A DNA stretch of 64,000 nt from Halanaerobiales bacterium (GTDB taxonomy: Bacteria; Bacillota; Halanaerobiia; Halanaerobiales; M55B127): NCBI GenBank assembly GCA_046482435.1, contig JAWOEZ010000083.1, positions 7,176-71,175 on the forward strand. The letters are read 5' to 3'. Position 1 is the first letter of the stretch, and every line of letters begins with the position of its first letter. Below the pieces are notes generated by a model. That model did no database searches. It had not been told where the DNA came from and was given only the letters and a program-made list of their open reading frames with translations. Shown one piece after another: positions 1 through 8,820 of the stretch. The position numbers and the translations under genes were made by a program.

Positions 1-1
1 C

Positions 2-136
2 ATGGATAAAATAGCTGAAATCATGCTCAATAATAATGAATCTTACTTGTTTGTTACAAATGAAATGGGTTATCTCAGGGGTTATATTTCACGCGGAGAT
101 CTTCTCTTTTACCTGCTCCATACTTCAGATGAGTGA
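2..136 (+). CDS. 3' end of a CDS cut by the window edge (CBS-domain-like C-terminus)
   Basis: Open frame from nt 2 to TGA at 134-136. The tail MDKIAEIMLNNNESYLFVTNEMGYLRGYISRGDLLFYLL resembles the second half of a CBS pair. Confidence 0.5.
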   Translation: MDKIAEIMLNNNESYLFVTNEMGYLRGYISRGDLLFYLLHTSDE

Positions 137-219
137 CCTTCTGTATCTATTGTCTTTTTTCAAGATATTTTAGATCAATTTTTTATAAATTTAAAAATAA
201 TTTAAAAGAAGGTATTGAT

Positions 220-1509
220 ATGGATTCAGAAATAGTAGCTCAACTATATGAAATTGAAAAGTGGTTTGTAGAAAATCAAGTCGGTAATAAGGAACTGTAC
301 CTTGTTGCCTTCTTTATTTTTTCAGCACTTTTGATTGTTTTAATAGCAAAAAAATATAATATACCTATTGTCGTAGGTTACGTCTTTTTGGGAATATTAC
401 TGAGTATTGAAGTGATTAATATCCTACCATTTTTGACTTTAGCACAAAAAGTCTGGTATGCCTATATAATAAACAGTTTCCAATATGTAACTCAACTCGC
501 CTTAGGTTTTATTGCTTTTACGATTGGTAGTGAATTATCTATAAAATTATTTAAAAAACTTGGGAAGAGTATCACTTATATTGTTTTAATTCAGGGTTTA
601 GGAGCTTTTTTGATGGTCTTTTTAGGAGTTTTAATAATCGGGTATGAGCTTTATTTAGCCCTTATCTTAGGAGCAATAGCTTCAGCCACTGCACCGGCTG
701 CTACAGTAATGGTTATTAGAGAATACAATGCAGAAGGTCCAGTTACCTCGATGATTATGGCTGTTGTTGGTCTAGATGATGCTCTTGCTTTAATCCTTTT
801 TAGTTTAATTAAACCGGTTGCTTATAACCAGTACAGCGGTAATATCAATTTCAATATTAATCACATGTTGTTCGCCCCCGTCATAGAAGTCCTAGGTTCA
901 ATCCTGGTAGGAATTGTAATCGGATATTTATCTGTAAAACTAATGGAGGGATCTGAAGATAAAACTAAAAAAATCCTTACACTAATCACTACAATAGTGT
1001 CCGGATTATCAGCAGCTATCTTTTTTGAGCTTTCACCTTTGATTACCAATATGACTATTGGATTTGCATATCGTAACTTTTCAAGAAAAAATTTAAATAT
1101 CGCAGATTACATAGATACCTTAACCATTCCCCTATATGCAATGTTTTTTATCCTCGCCGGTACAGAAATTAGATTTTCTGTTGTTAATCCAAGTTTCATA
1201 TTACTGGCCTTAGTGTATACTGCTATGAGAGTAATAGGAAAAATTGGTGGTACATCAATAGGAGCAATCCTTTCAAATGCTTCTGATAATATCAAAAAAT
1301 ATGTCGGGTTGGGTTTACTCCCACAAAGTGGGGTTGCAATAGCTTTAGCCTATACGGTCCAAAAAGAATTTTCCCGGGAACCTCACATCGGACTTCTCGT
1401 CTTCAATGTTTTATTATTCACAGCTGCTTTAACTGAAATAATTGGGTCATTCGCTACTAAATATGCCCTGACAAAATCTGATGAAATTAATAAGTCCCAA
1501 AATAGTTGA
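220..1509 (+). CDS. cation:proton antiporter (CPA2/Kef-type membrane domain)
   Basis: ORF 133..1509. ATG at 220 follows RBS AAGAAGG. About 12 hydrophobic helices with sodium/hydrogen-exchanger-family-like sequence. The upstream 29 codons overlap the previous gene and look spurious. Confidence 0.75.
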   Translation: MDSEIVAQLYEIEKWFVENQVGNKELYLVAFFIFSALLIVLIAKKYNIPIVVGYVFLGILLSIEVINILPFLTLAQKVWYAYIINSFQYVTQLALGFIAFTIGSELSIKLFKKLGKSITYIVLIQGLGAFLMVFLGVLIIGYELYLALILGAIASATAPAATVMVIREYNAEGPVTSMIMAVVGLDDALALILFSLIKPVAYNQYSGNINFNINHMLFAPVIEVLGSILVGIVIGYLSVKLMEGSEDKTKKILTLITTIVSGLSAAIFFELSPLITNMTIGFAYRNFSRKNLNIADYIDTLTIPLYAMFFILAGTEIRFSVVNPSFILLALVYTAMRVIGKIGGTSIGAILSNASDNIKKYVGLGLLPQSGVAIALAYTVQKEFSREPHIGLLVFNVLLFTAALTEIIGSFATKYALTKSDEINKSQNS

Positions 1510-1523
1510 CCTGTTAAAACCTT

Positions 1524-2339
1524 TTAAGAACCATAATTTAATCTTTCAGTTAGGAAAGCCAACAAGAAATATGCAGAACCTATTAATAAAATAATAGTAG
1601 CACCAGATGGAATATTAAAAAGATACGAAAACCAAAGTCCTGAGATAGAAAATATTATTCCAAAAATAATAGCTAAAAATATTATCTTTTTAAAATCATA
1701 GGTAAATAACCTTGCCATTGCTGGTGGGGCCGTTAAAAGAGCAATTATTAAAATTATGCCTGTAACTCTAATTAAAACAATGACAGTCAATGCAATTAAA
1801 ATAAACAAGAAATACTCGTAGAAGTCTGTATTCAAACCCCTTACATAAGAAAATTCTTCATCAAAAAGATATGCCTTCCACTGGTTAAAAAGAGCAGTGA
1901 TTGCAAAAATTACAAAGGCAACTAAGATAAGCATTATATTAATATCCATATTAGTAACTGTGAGAATATCGCCAAAAAGATAAGAGGACATATCTGGTGG
2001 ATAACCCTCCATAAAAGAAATAAACAAAATACCTAACGACATCCCCATTGCCCACATTATTCCTATTAAAGTATCGGAATCTACTTCTGTTTTTTTTCTT
2101 ATCGTCACAATAACTATTGAAGAAAATAATGCAAAAAATAATGCTCCAAAAATTGGTTCGATATTAAGGTAGTATCCCAAGCCTACTCCTCCAAAAGAGG
2201 TGTGGGCAATTCCACCACTCATCATTACAAGATTTTTCTCAATTATGATAGTACCAATAATACCGCAAACTACACTTGCCATCAGAGCACTATAGACTGC
2301 ATTTTGTAGGAAGTTATATTTTAATATTGCCTCAATCAT
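1524..2339 (-). CDS. metal (Zn/Mn) ABC transporter permease, ABC-3 family
   Basis: Polytopic membrane protein typical of ZnuB/TroD-type permeases. The internal ATG at 2339 gives an 8-nt overlap with the upstream ATPase stop. The ORF track extends to 2363. Confidence 0.8.
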   Translation of the reverse strand: MIEAILKYNFLQNAVYSALMASVVCGIIGTIIIEKNLVMMSGGIAHTSFGGVGLGYYLNIEPIFGALFFALFSSIVIVTIRKKTEVDSDTLIGIMWAMGMSLGILFISFMEGYPPDMSSYLFGDILTVTNMDINIMLILVAFVIFAITALFNQWKAYLFDEEFSYVRGLNTDFYEYFLFILIALTVIVLIRVTGIILIIALLTAPPAMARLFTYDFKKIIFLAIIFGIIFSISGLWFSYLFNIPSGATIILLIGSAYFLLAFLTERLNYGS

Positions 2340-3108
2340 TGCTATCAGCACCTTGATGTTCATCTAAAACACGGTGAGGAACTCCATGAGCGATAAGTTC
2401 AACAGGACATCCATAAATCTGGTCTACATCTTCTTTAGAAACATTTTTATTTCCATGATAATGAAGTTTTCTATTTAGACAGGCTACACTATCAAAAAAT
2501 GATGAAATAGCTGTTAAATCATGGGTTACTACGATGATTGTAATCCTATCATTTATTTCTTTTAGAATATTATATATTTTACTACGTGATTCTGCATCAA
2601 GACTGGCAGTTGGCTCATCGAGAAGTAAAATCTCTGGTTCTGAGGCTAAAGCCCTCCCAATTAATACTCTCTGCAGTTGCCCTCCAGATAATCTACCTAT
2701 TTGTCGGTTTTTTATTTCAAAGATATCCAGTTCTTTCATAATCTCTTCTGCTTTTTTTATATCCTCATTACTATAATTATGGTAAAGTCCTTTCCCATCT
2801 GAAATTCTTCCCATTAAGATGACATCCTTTACATTAATCGGAAACTGTTTATTAAAATCAGATATCTGAGGTACATAACCAATTAACCTGCGGCCTTCTT
2901 TAATACTCTGACCGGCAATTTTAACTTCTCCACTATTAGGTTCTATTAAGCCTAAAATGACTTTTAGAAGAGTCGTCTTCCCTCCCCCATTGGGACCAAT
3001 TATCGCTAAAAACTGCTTCTTATATACATCTAAATTGATGTTTTTTAATACCTGCATTTTATCAAAATATACATTGAGGTTTTTAATTTTTATTATAACA
3101 TCCTCCAT
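2332..3108 (-). CDS. metal ABC transporter ATP-binding protein
   Basis: Walker A GPNGGGKTT, signature LSGGQLQR, Walker B LLLDEPT. Start choice is 3108 versus 3117 or 3123; 3108 has the best-spaced GGGGA. Confidence 0.85.
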   Translation of the reverse strand: MEDVIIKIKNLNVYFDKMQVLKNINLDVYKKQFLAIIGPNGGGKTTLLKVILGLIEPNSGEVKIAGQSIKEGRRLIGYVPQISDFNKQFPINVKDVILMGRISDGKGLYHNYSNEDIKKAEEIMKELDIFEIKNRQIGRLSGGQLQRVLIGRALASEPEILLLDEPTASLDAESRSKIYNILKEINDRITIIVVTHDLTAISSFFDSVACLNRKLHYHGNKNVSKEDVDQIYGCPVELIAHGVPHRVLDEHQGADSND

Positions 3109-3109
3109 T

Positions 3110-3973
3110 TTACTCATCCCCAACTATTTTGTTTGCCATTTTAATCAAATTATCCAGATAATCTTCAGCAAGAGGATCCAATTCTATTAATTCTGCTCCG
3201 ATCTCCTCTGATAATGCCTGGGTTTGACGGCTGTCAATTTCAGCTTGATGAAAAATTTTCTTAATATTATTTTTCTTGGCAAAATCTATTATTTCCTGAA
3301 GATGCTTGGCGGTGGCTTCTTTTCCTCCCTCTTCAATAGCTACCATATTTAAATTATATTGATCTGCAAAATAACCAAAAGAAGGATGGTAAACTAACAA
3401 ATATTTATTTTCTTTTTCACTTATTATTTTTTCAATTTTTTGGTTTACTTCTTTTACTTTTTCAATATATTGTTTAGTATTTTTCTTATACAATTCTTCC
3501 TTTGCGGGATTAAGTTCGATAAGTTCGTCTCTAATTATTTGCACAATATAGATCACTCTTTTTGGAGAAAGCCAAATATGAGGGTCTCTACTTCCGTTGG
3601 GGTAGGTTTTGTCTTCATATTTTTTTGCTACTTTTTCTGCCAACCTCACAATTTTTATATTTTGATTAAACTGTTTAACTTTCGGTAAAATATTTTGTAT
3701 ATCGGCTGGAACACCTATTGAGAAATAGATATCTGCATCAGAGAACTTTGTCAGTTCAGAGGGCCTAGGTGCGTAATTACCAGGGCTATATCCGGGAGGT
3801 ATCATAACAGCAATTTCAGCACTCCCCCCCGTTACCGCCTCTATAAACTGCTTCTGTGGTAAAATTGTTACTGCTGTTGTTACTTCTTCTGCTTTAACTA
3901 TTTTCGGGGTTGTTATAACAGCAAATATTAATAAAATTACTGCAAAAATTAATCTATATTCCCTACTTAACAT
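3110..3973 (-). CDS. metal-binding ABC substrate-binding protein (ZnuA/TroA cluster-9 type)
   Basis: N-terminal signal/anchor sequence, DPHIWLSP motif and SBP fold-like sequence. First gene of the SBP-ATPase-permease string. Confidence 0.8.
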   Translation of the reverse strand: MLSREYRLIFAVILLIFAVITTPKIVKAEEVTTAVTILPQKQFIEAVTGGSAEIAVMIPPGYSPGNYAPRPSELTKFSDADIYFSIGVPADIQNILPKVKQFNQNIKIVRLAEKVAKKYEDKTYPNGSRDPHIWLSPKRVIYIVQIIRDELIELNPAKEELYKKNTKQYIEKVKEVNQKIEKIISEKENKYLLVYHPSFGYFADQYNLNMVAIEEGGKEATAKHLQEIIDFAKKNNIKKIFHQAEIDSRQTQALSEEIGAELIELDPLAEDYLDNLIKMANKIVGDE

Positions 3974-3998
3974 ATTTTAACTCTCCTCAATAATAGTT

Positions 3999-5363
3999 TT
4001 ATTCTTTGTTGTAATGTTCAATCTTATTTTCATACATTCTTTCATCTGCTTTATTAATCAAATCATCAAGGTTTAAGTTATCATTTTTTGTTTTTTGAGC
4101 AAATCCATAGCTCAAGCTAATCTCATAAGATTTTTCAGTGTTCTTATTCCAATTATCAATTGCTCCTGCAATTCTTCTCCAAATCTCTTTGGCTTCTTTA
4201 AGATCACAGTCATTAAAAATGATTAGAAATTCGTCGCCCCCAAACCTTGCCACCGCATCAATCTCTCTTATGTTATCTGCGAGAAGCTGAGCTGTATTTT
4301 TTAGTAAACTATCTCCTTCATTATGACCAAAATTATCATTGACTTTCTTTAAGCCGTTAACATCTATAAAACAGACAGTAAGATCTATTGCTTCTCGTTT
4401 AACTCTACCAATCTGTTTTCGTAAATATGTTGTACCCATTCTTCTATTCATAATATTAGTCAACCTATCGGTAGCAGCTAATTTTCTTAATTTCTTTTCC
4501 TGCTCTTTTTTTGGGGTAATATCGGTAATAACAATCACTAACCCTATCAAACGATTATTCTCAACTTCAATTGGCGATATCGTTAAATCAATAGGAGTCT
4601 CGTAATGATTACTAATCAAGTTGAGGTCTTCTTTTTTAATAGTTCGAGATGTGTGGGTTACTTTATTAATAAAATTCTCTAAGATCTTATTTCCATTTTG
4701 ATTTAATATTTTTATGTTATTATCTGAAAAAAATGTCCCTTTAATATCTTTATTAATATTTAGAATATTACGAGCAGTCTCATTAATAAAAGTAATCTCC
4801 TTATTTTCCCCAAGAGCTATAACTCCTTCACCTATACTACGCAAAGTAGCATAATACCGTTCTTTCTGTCTTTCTAATTCCTTATTTGTTTTAGTTAATT
4901 CTCTTTGTACATTCATTAATTCATTGTTAACCTTTGTTATTTCATTATATAAATCAGCACTTTCATCGCTTAATACTGTATCATTTTCAGTTATAATCTG
5001 ATCTTTTAAAAGACTTCTTATTTTATTAACGTACTTATTATTCATTTTCATGAAATGGTCATATTGATTCAAGATATCTTCTTTTAATTGAGAACCTAAT
5101 ATTAAAAAAGTATCTTTACTTTCTTTTATCCCAGAAAAATTATACAATTTAACTTCTTCTCCAACTGTTATATGTATTTCAAAACCAAATTCAGCTTTCC
5201 CGTTTTTTATATTCTGTGACAAATCTAAAAGCTTACTCCGATCTCGATCTTTTATCAGAGAAGTTAATATTCTTCCTTTTTCTAAAGAAGGTAAAGAGGT
5301 GTCATTATATAGAACCTTTTTAATTTTCAGATGGGACGAGGTTAAAACTACAAATCCCATCAT
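3999..5363 (-). CDS. PAS-domain diguanylate cyclase (GGDEF)
   Basis: C-terminal GGDEF domain (RFGGDEFLIIF), a PAS-like segment after a coiled coil, and an N-terminal ~170 aa of unknown function. The ATG overlaps the upstream TAA (TAATG). Confidence 0.85.
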   Translation of the reverse strand: MMGFVVLTSSHLKIKKVLYNDTSLPSLEKGRILTSLIKDRDRSKLLDLSQNIKNGKAEFGFEIHITVGEEVKLYNFSGIKESKDTFLILGSQLKEDILNQYDHFMKMNNKYVNKIRSLLKDQIITENDTVLSDESADLYNEITKVNNELMNVQRELTKTNKELERQKERYYATLRSIGEGVIALGENKEITFINETARNILNINKDIKGTFFSDNNIKILNQNGNKILENFINKVTHTSRTIKKEDLNLISNHYETPIDLTISPIEVENNRLIGLVIVITDITPKKEQEKKLRKLAATDRLTNIMNRRMGTTYLRKQIGRVKREAIDLTVCFIDVNGLKKVNDNFGHNEGDSLLKNTAQLLADNIREIDAVARFGGDEFLIIFNDCDLKEAKEIWRRIAGAIDNWNKNTEKSYEISLSYGFAQKTKNDNLNLDDLINKADERMYENKIEHYNKE

Positions 5364-6412
5364 TATATACCTCCAGCCAATTGGTTAGCCTTTTTAACTG
5401 CGTCTTGTGCATTCACACTATAGGCATCCACCTCAAAATCTTCTTTTAATTCGGGATTTTGGTTAAAAGCATATCCACCTACTAATATCTTCAATTTAGC
5501 CAATTCAGGGTCACTTCTAGTCATCTCTACAAGTTGGTTTAATTCTTTTAAATGAATCGGTAAAGTTACGGAAACTCCTAGTAAAGTAGTCCTATTCTTT
5601 TTTAGAGTTTCTACTATACTTGAATTAGGAGTATTGGCTCCTAGATGAATCGTATCAAAACCATCTATTTCTAATAGATCAGCAACCATCCTGACTCCAA
5701 TTTCATGTAACTCTGTTCCTACTGCGGTTGTAACTATATTACCCTTTTCACCGCCAGAAGATAAAAAATGGGAATATAATTGTGACATCACTAATTGTGT
5801 AACACTACTTATGTAGTGCTCTTGAGCTACAGATATTTCATTAGAATGCCAGAGTCTACCTACTTCCTTCTGAACCGGTTCTAGTATATTTAAATATATC
5901 TCTGTTACACTCATTTTTGAAAGTGCTTCTTCCACAATTAGATTGCTCGCTGCCATTTTATTATTGTTTCTTAATAACTCAAGATATTTTTTTGCAAAAT
6001 CTTGCTGTGGATTATCTTCAGTAATATATGACTTTCCTCTCTTCTTTTCATACAAAGCTTTTTCTATAGCCTCATCTAGTATATTATTCAAATAATTGCT
6101 TTCTTCAGGTTCAAAGTTTTCCTTAATAACCTCTTGAATACAGTTATATGTGTTTATAAATACATCCTCAGAAAGTCCTATATTTTCAAAAAGAGAATTC
6201 AGCCATATTGAAAAATCATTGAATAAATTAATATTATCGAAGTATACTGCTTCAGCAAGATAATCTAAAATATACTCTAAATCTCTCACACTTTTTATCT
6301 CATCATTATTGAATACAGTGCTCGATTTACCTCTTTTGATACACTTCCGGGTGTTTTCGATTAAATCATCAAACATATTCTCGATTTTAAGACTCAACTC
6401 TTTTTTATTCAT
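5363..6412 (-). CDS. stand-alone cobalamin-binding protein, CarH/AerR-like module without a DNA-binding domain
   Basis: Helical cap with W-x9-E-H (RLWHSNEISVAQEH), then a Rossmann B12 motif ELHEIG, 41 aa, SVT, 28 aa, GG. The N-terminal ~140 aa are unassigned. Confidence 0.75.
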   Translation of the reverse strand: MNKKELSLKIENMFDDLIENTRKCIKRGKSSTVFNNDEIKSVRDLEYILDYLAEAVYFDNINLFNDFSIWLNSLFENIGLSEDVFINTYNCIQEVIKENFEPEESNYLNNILDEAIEKALYEKKRGKSYITEDNPQQDFAKKYLELLRNNNKMAASNLIVEEALSKMSVTEIYLNILEPVQKEVGRLWHSNEISVAQEHYISSVTQLVMSQLYSHFLSSGGEKGNIVTTAVGTELHEIGVRMVADLLEIDGFDTIHLGANTPNSSIVETLKKNRTTLLGVSVTLPIHLKELNQLVEMTRSDPELAKLKILVGGYAFNQNPELKEDFEVDAYSVNAQDAVKKANQLAGGI

Positions 6413-6440
6413 AACTTATCCCTCTTTTCAGTTTATATCC

Positions 6441-6469
6441 ATTATATTTATTATATTTAACCAAAACAA
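6441..6469 (-). promoter_or_regulatory. sigma-A-like promoter for the B12-protein/GGDEF operon
   Basis: Minus strand reads TTGTTT, 17 nt, TATAAT, about 30 nt upstream of the 6412 start. Confidence 0.5.
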
Positions 6470-6483
6470 GGTCATCACCTTTT

Positions 6484-7959
6484 TTAAAGAATATTTTTCT
6501 CCTCTAATTCCTTATCCAGGTATCCTAAAAATTCATCTGCTTTTTTCTTGGGTGCTTCAGTAAATAAGCTGATAAAAATAAATGAGAAAACAGTGATTAA
6601 GAGGGTCCACACTCCGGGAGCAAGCCCAAGTGGTGACAAATTACCGAACTGAAGATATAATGCAGTAAATGCTCCCAATATTATACTTGTTAATGAACCG
6701 GCTGCAGTTGCTCCCCTCCAAAAAAATGCTCCAAATATTGTTGGTACAATAATCATTAGACCAACTGAAGAGGTTACTGATAAAGTTGCAATTAAATCTA
6801 ACTGCTGTGAAGCAAATATTATACCGATTACTGCTATAATAAATATCACAAATTTACCCATCCGGAGCTGCTTTTGATCTGAATATTCATCACGAGACTG
6901 CATTAAATCTCTAACAATAAGAGATGAAAGAGTTAACATAATGGAGTCTACAGTAGAAATAGCAGCAGCTGTAATTCCTATCATCGCAATTAATCCTAGT
7001 ATAAGGGGTACATGTTCAGACCCAAGTAAGGTTGGTGTAGCCAAATCTGCTTGTTGCAGACCAGGGAAAAGAAGTTTTGCACTAAAGCCCCAGAGAACTG
7101 ATACAAGAGTATAGATAAAACCGAATATTAAAAACCCTGTAATCATAGTCTTCATGGCCTTTAATGATTTAGGAATAAATAGTCTTTGGCTTACTTGTGG
7201 ATTTGAAATCGAAAAGAAAAACCACGGTAAAGTTAATCCTAAAAAGGTTTGAAAGTTAAAAAAACCGGGTCCTGGTACAGATAAGAAATTAGAGTACTCA
7301 CTTTCTATTTTTCCAAAAAATGAAATAAATCCTCCTAATTGAGTATAAACAACATAAAATAATATTAAAACACTCACTACAATCATTATTAAAGACTGCA
7401 ATGAATCAGTCCAGGTTACCGAACGCATTCCAGCTATAACTGCCCATGAAATAGCTAAAATTGAAGCTATTATTACTCCAAAAATAAATGGTATTTCTCC
7501 ACCCGACAAACCATTCATTAAATATCCAATTCCCATTAATTGAACCGAAAGATAGGGAATCAAAAACACACAGGCAGTACCGGCTGAAATGATTGCTATC
7601 CATTTATTTTGAAATCTATCACCTAACATTTCATAAGGGGTCACATATCCATATTTTTTACCAACTAACCAAAATCTTGGACCAAAAAAAGCTACTAAAG
7701 ATAACCCTGCTAGATAAATAAGTTCAAAACCAAGTGCACCTACTCCACCCGAGTAAGTAAATCCAGCCAGCCCAATCATCATGAAAGCACTATAGGTAGT
7801 AGCACTATAGGAAAGAGCAGAAACAATCCCACCTGTGGAACGGTTATCTAAAAAATATTCGATAACTCCTTGTTTCATACCTTGTCTCGACTTATAGGCG
7901 ATATAAAAACCTATTAAAACATAAATTGATAACGCTAAATATACATAAAAAGAATTCAT
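6484..7959 (-). CDS. sodium:solute symporter family transporter
   Basis: 491 aa, about 13 TM helices, SSF-like sequence. Substrate unknown. Confidence 0.8.
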   Translation of the reverse strand: MNSFYVYLALSIYVLIGFYIAYKSRQGMKQGVIEYFLDNRSTGGIVSALSYSATTYSAFMMIGLAGFTYSGGVGALGFELIYLAGLSLVAFFGPRFWLVGKKYGYVTPYEMLGDRFQNKWIAIISAGTACVFLIPYLSVQLMGIGYLMNGLSGGEIPFIFGVIIASILAISWAVIAGMRSVTWTDSLQSLIMIVVSVLILFYVVYTQLGGFISFFGKIESEYSNFLSVPGPGFFNFQTFLGLTLPWFFFSISNPQVSQRLFIPKSLKAMKTMITGFLIFGFIYTLVSVLWGFSAKLLFPGLQQADLATPTLLGSEHVPLILGLIAMIGITAAAISTVDSIMLTLSSLIVRDLMQSRDEYSDQKQLRMGKFVIFIIAVIGIIFASQQLDLIATLSVTSSVGLMIIVPTIFGAFFWRGATAAGSLTSIILGAFTALYLQFGNLSPLGLAPGVWTLLITVFSFIFISLFTEAPKKKADEFLGYLDKELEEKNIL

Positions 7960-7962
7960 TAT

Positions 7963-8160
7963 TTAATCACTCCAATAAGATGTAATTTTTATTGTAGATA
8001 AAATTGCTGCAATTGCAAATACAGTCCAGTATAAAAAAGACGCTTCAACTTGATTTGCATTCCTTAATAATACAAAAGGAACAAAATATGCAGAAATAAT
8101 TAATATCACTAACCAAAAAACCCATAAAAATCTTTTTCTTTTGAGTTCATCTTTTTCCAT
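7963..8160 (-). CDS. small 2-TM membrane protein, probable accessory subunit of the symporter
   Basis: 65 aa with two hydrophobic helices. Its stop is 3 nt before the symporter start, the same arrangement as small subunits paired with SSF carriers. Confidence 0.6.
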   Translation of the reverse strand: MEKDELKRKRFLWVFWLVILIISAYFVPFVLLRNANQVEASFLYWTVFAIAAILSTIKITSYWSD

Positions 8161-8181
8161 GTTATCACCCCTTTCCCCTGT

Positions 8182-8226
8182 ATTATAATGATAAACAGCT
8201 GACTAGTCAAATGTATATACACCTGT
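8182..8226 (-). promoter_or_regulatory. consensus promoter plus adjacent palindrome (candidate NiaR operator)
   Basis: Minus strand reads TTGACT (8210-8205), 17 nt, TATAAT (8187-8182). The perfect 10-bp palindrome TGTATATACA (8212-8221) abuts the -35. Confidence 0.55.
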
Positions 8227-8235
8227 ATGAAAAAA

Positions 8236-8760
8236 TTATACACGCTTTTCAAGTAAAAACCCTTTGTTTTTAAGTTCATTTATGATTGTGTCTAGAACAT
8301 CTTCATTAAAAGCTTCAATCGTATGAAGATGAACTCCATCTGTTAAGGAAGCTAATAAAGAAGCTTCCTGTTCTCTGGTGTTTTCCAGAAAATTTTTGAC
8401 ATCTTCAGAGGTTTGCAGCATTAACATTCCGGAGATCTCTCCATATATAGGATGCTCTACTTTTACATCTTTAACTTTAGCACCGTGTCTAACGATGGTC
8501 ATTAACTCTTCTTTTACATCATCTTTATTATGCTTACAAGCAATAGTTCTACTATAGGTTTTTATACCCATGTTGTCTTTTGAAATATATCCCTGGGAAG
8601 TAGCCAAAATATCATATCCTTCGGCTCTTAATAGTGCAATATCTTGCACTATAACCTGTCGGGTTACATCAAAATGTTCTGCTAATTTAGAACCTGTTAT
8701 CGGGTTAACTTCGTTTTTTAAGATATCTTTTAATTCTTCCCTGCGCTTGTTAGCTTTCAT
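8236..8760 (-). CDS. niaR: NiaR (YrxA) family transcriptional repressor, HTH plus 3H domain
   Basis: N-terminal HTH (GSKLAEHFDVTRQVIVQDIALLRAEG) and a C-terminal 3H domain with three conserved His (CKHNKDD, VEHPIYGE, GVHLHTIE). Confidence 0.8.
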   Translation of the reverse strand: MKANKRREELKDILKNEVNPITGSKLAEHFDVTRQVIVQDIALLRAEGYDILATSQGYISKDNMGIKTYSRTIACKHNKDDVKEELMTIVRHGAKVKDVKVEHPIYGEISGMLMLQTSEDVKNFLENTREQEASLLASLTDGVHLHTIEAFNEDVLDTIINELKNKGFLLEKRV

Positions 8761-8780
8761 ATAAATACCACCTTGTTAAA

Positions 8781-8820
8781 TTAGAAGAGGGGCAAATAGT
8801 CCCCTCTTCTAATTCTTTTT
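8781..8820. terminator. 12-bp hairpin between the oxidoreductase beta gene and niaR
   Basis: TTAGAAGAGGGG, 8-nt loop, CCCCTCTTCTAA. The T-run lies on the plus strand and the A-run on the minus strand, so it works best as a plus-strand or bidirectional terminator. Confidence 0.6.

Noticed and set aside
133-219. N-terminal extension of the antiporter ORF
   Set aside because: It overlaps the end of the upstream CBS-like gene and lacks an RBS. The ATG at 220 has AAGAAGG upstream.
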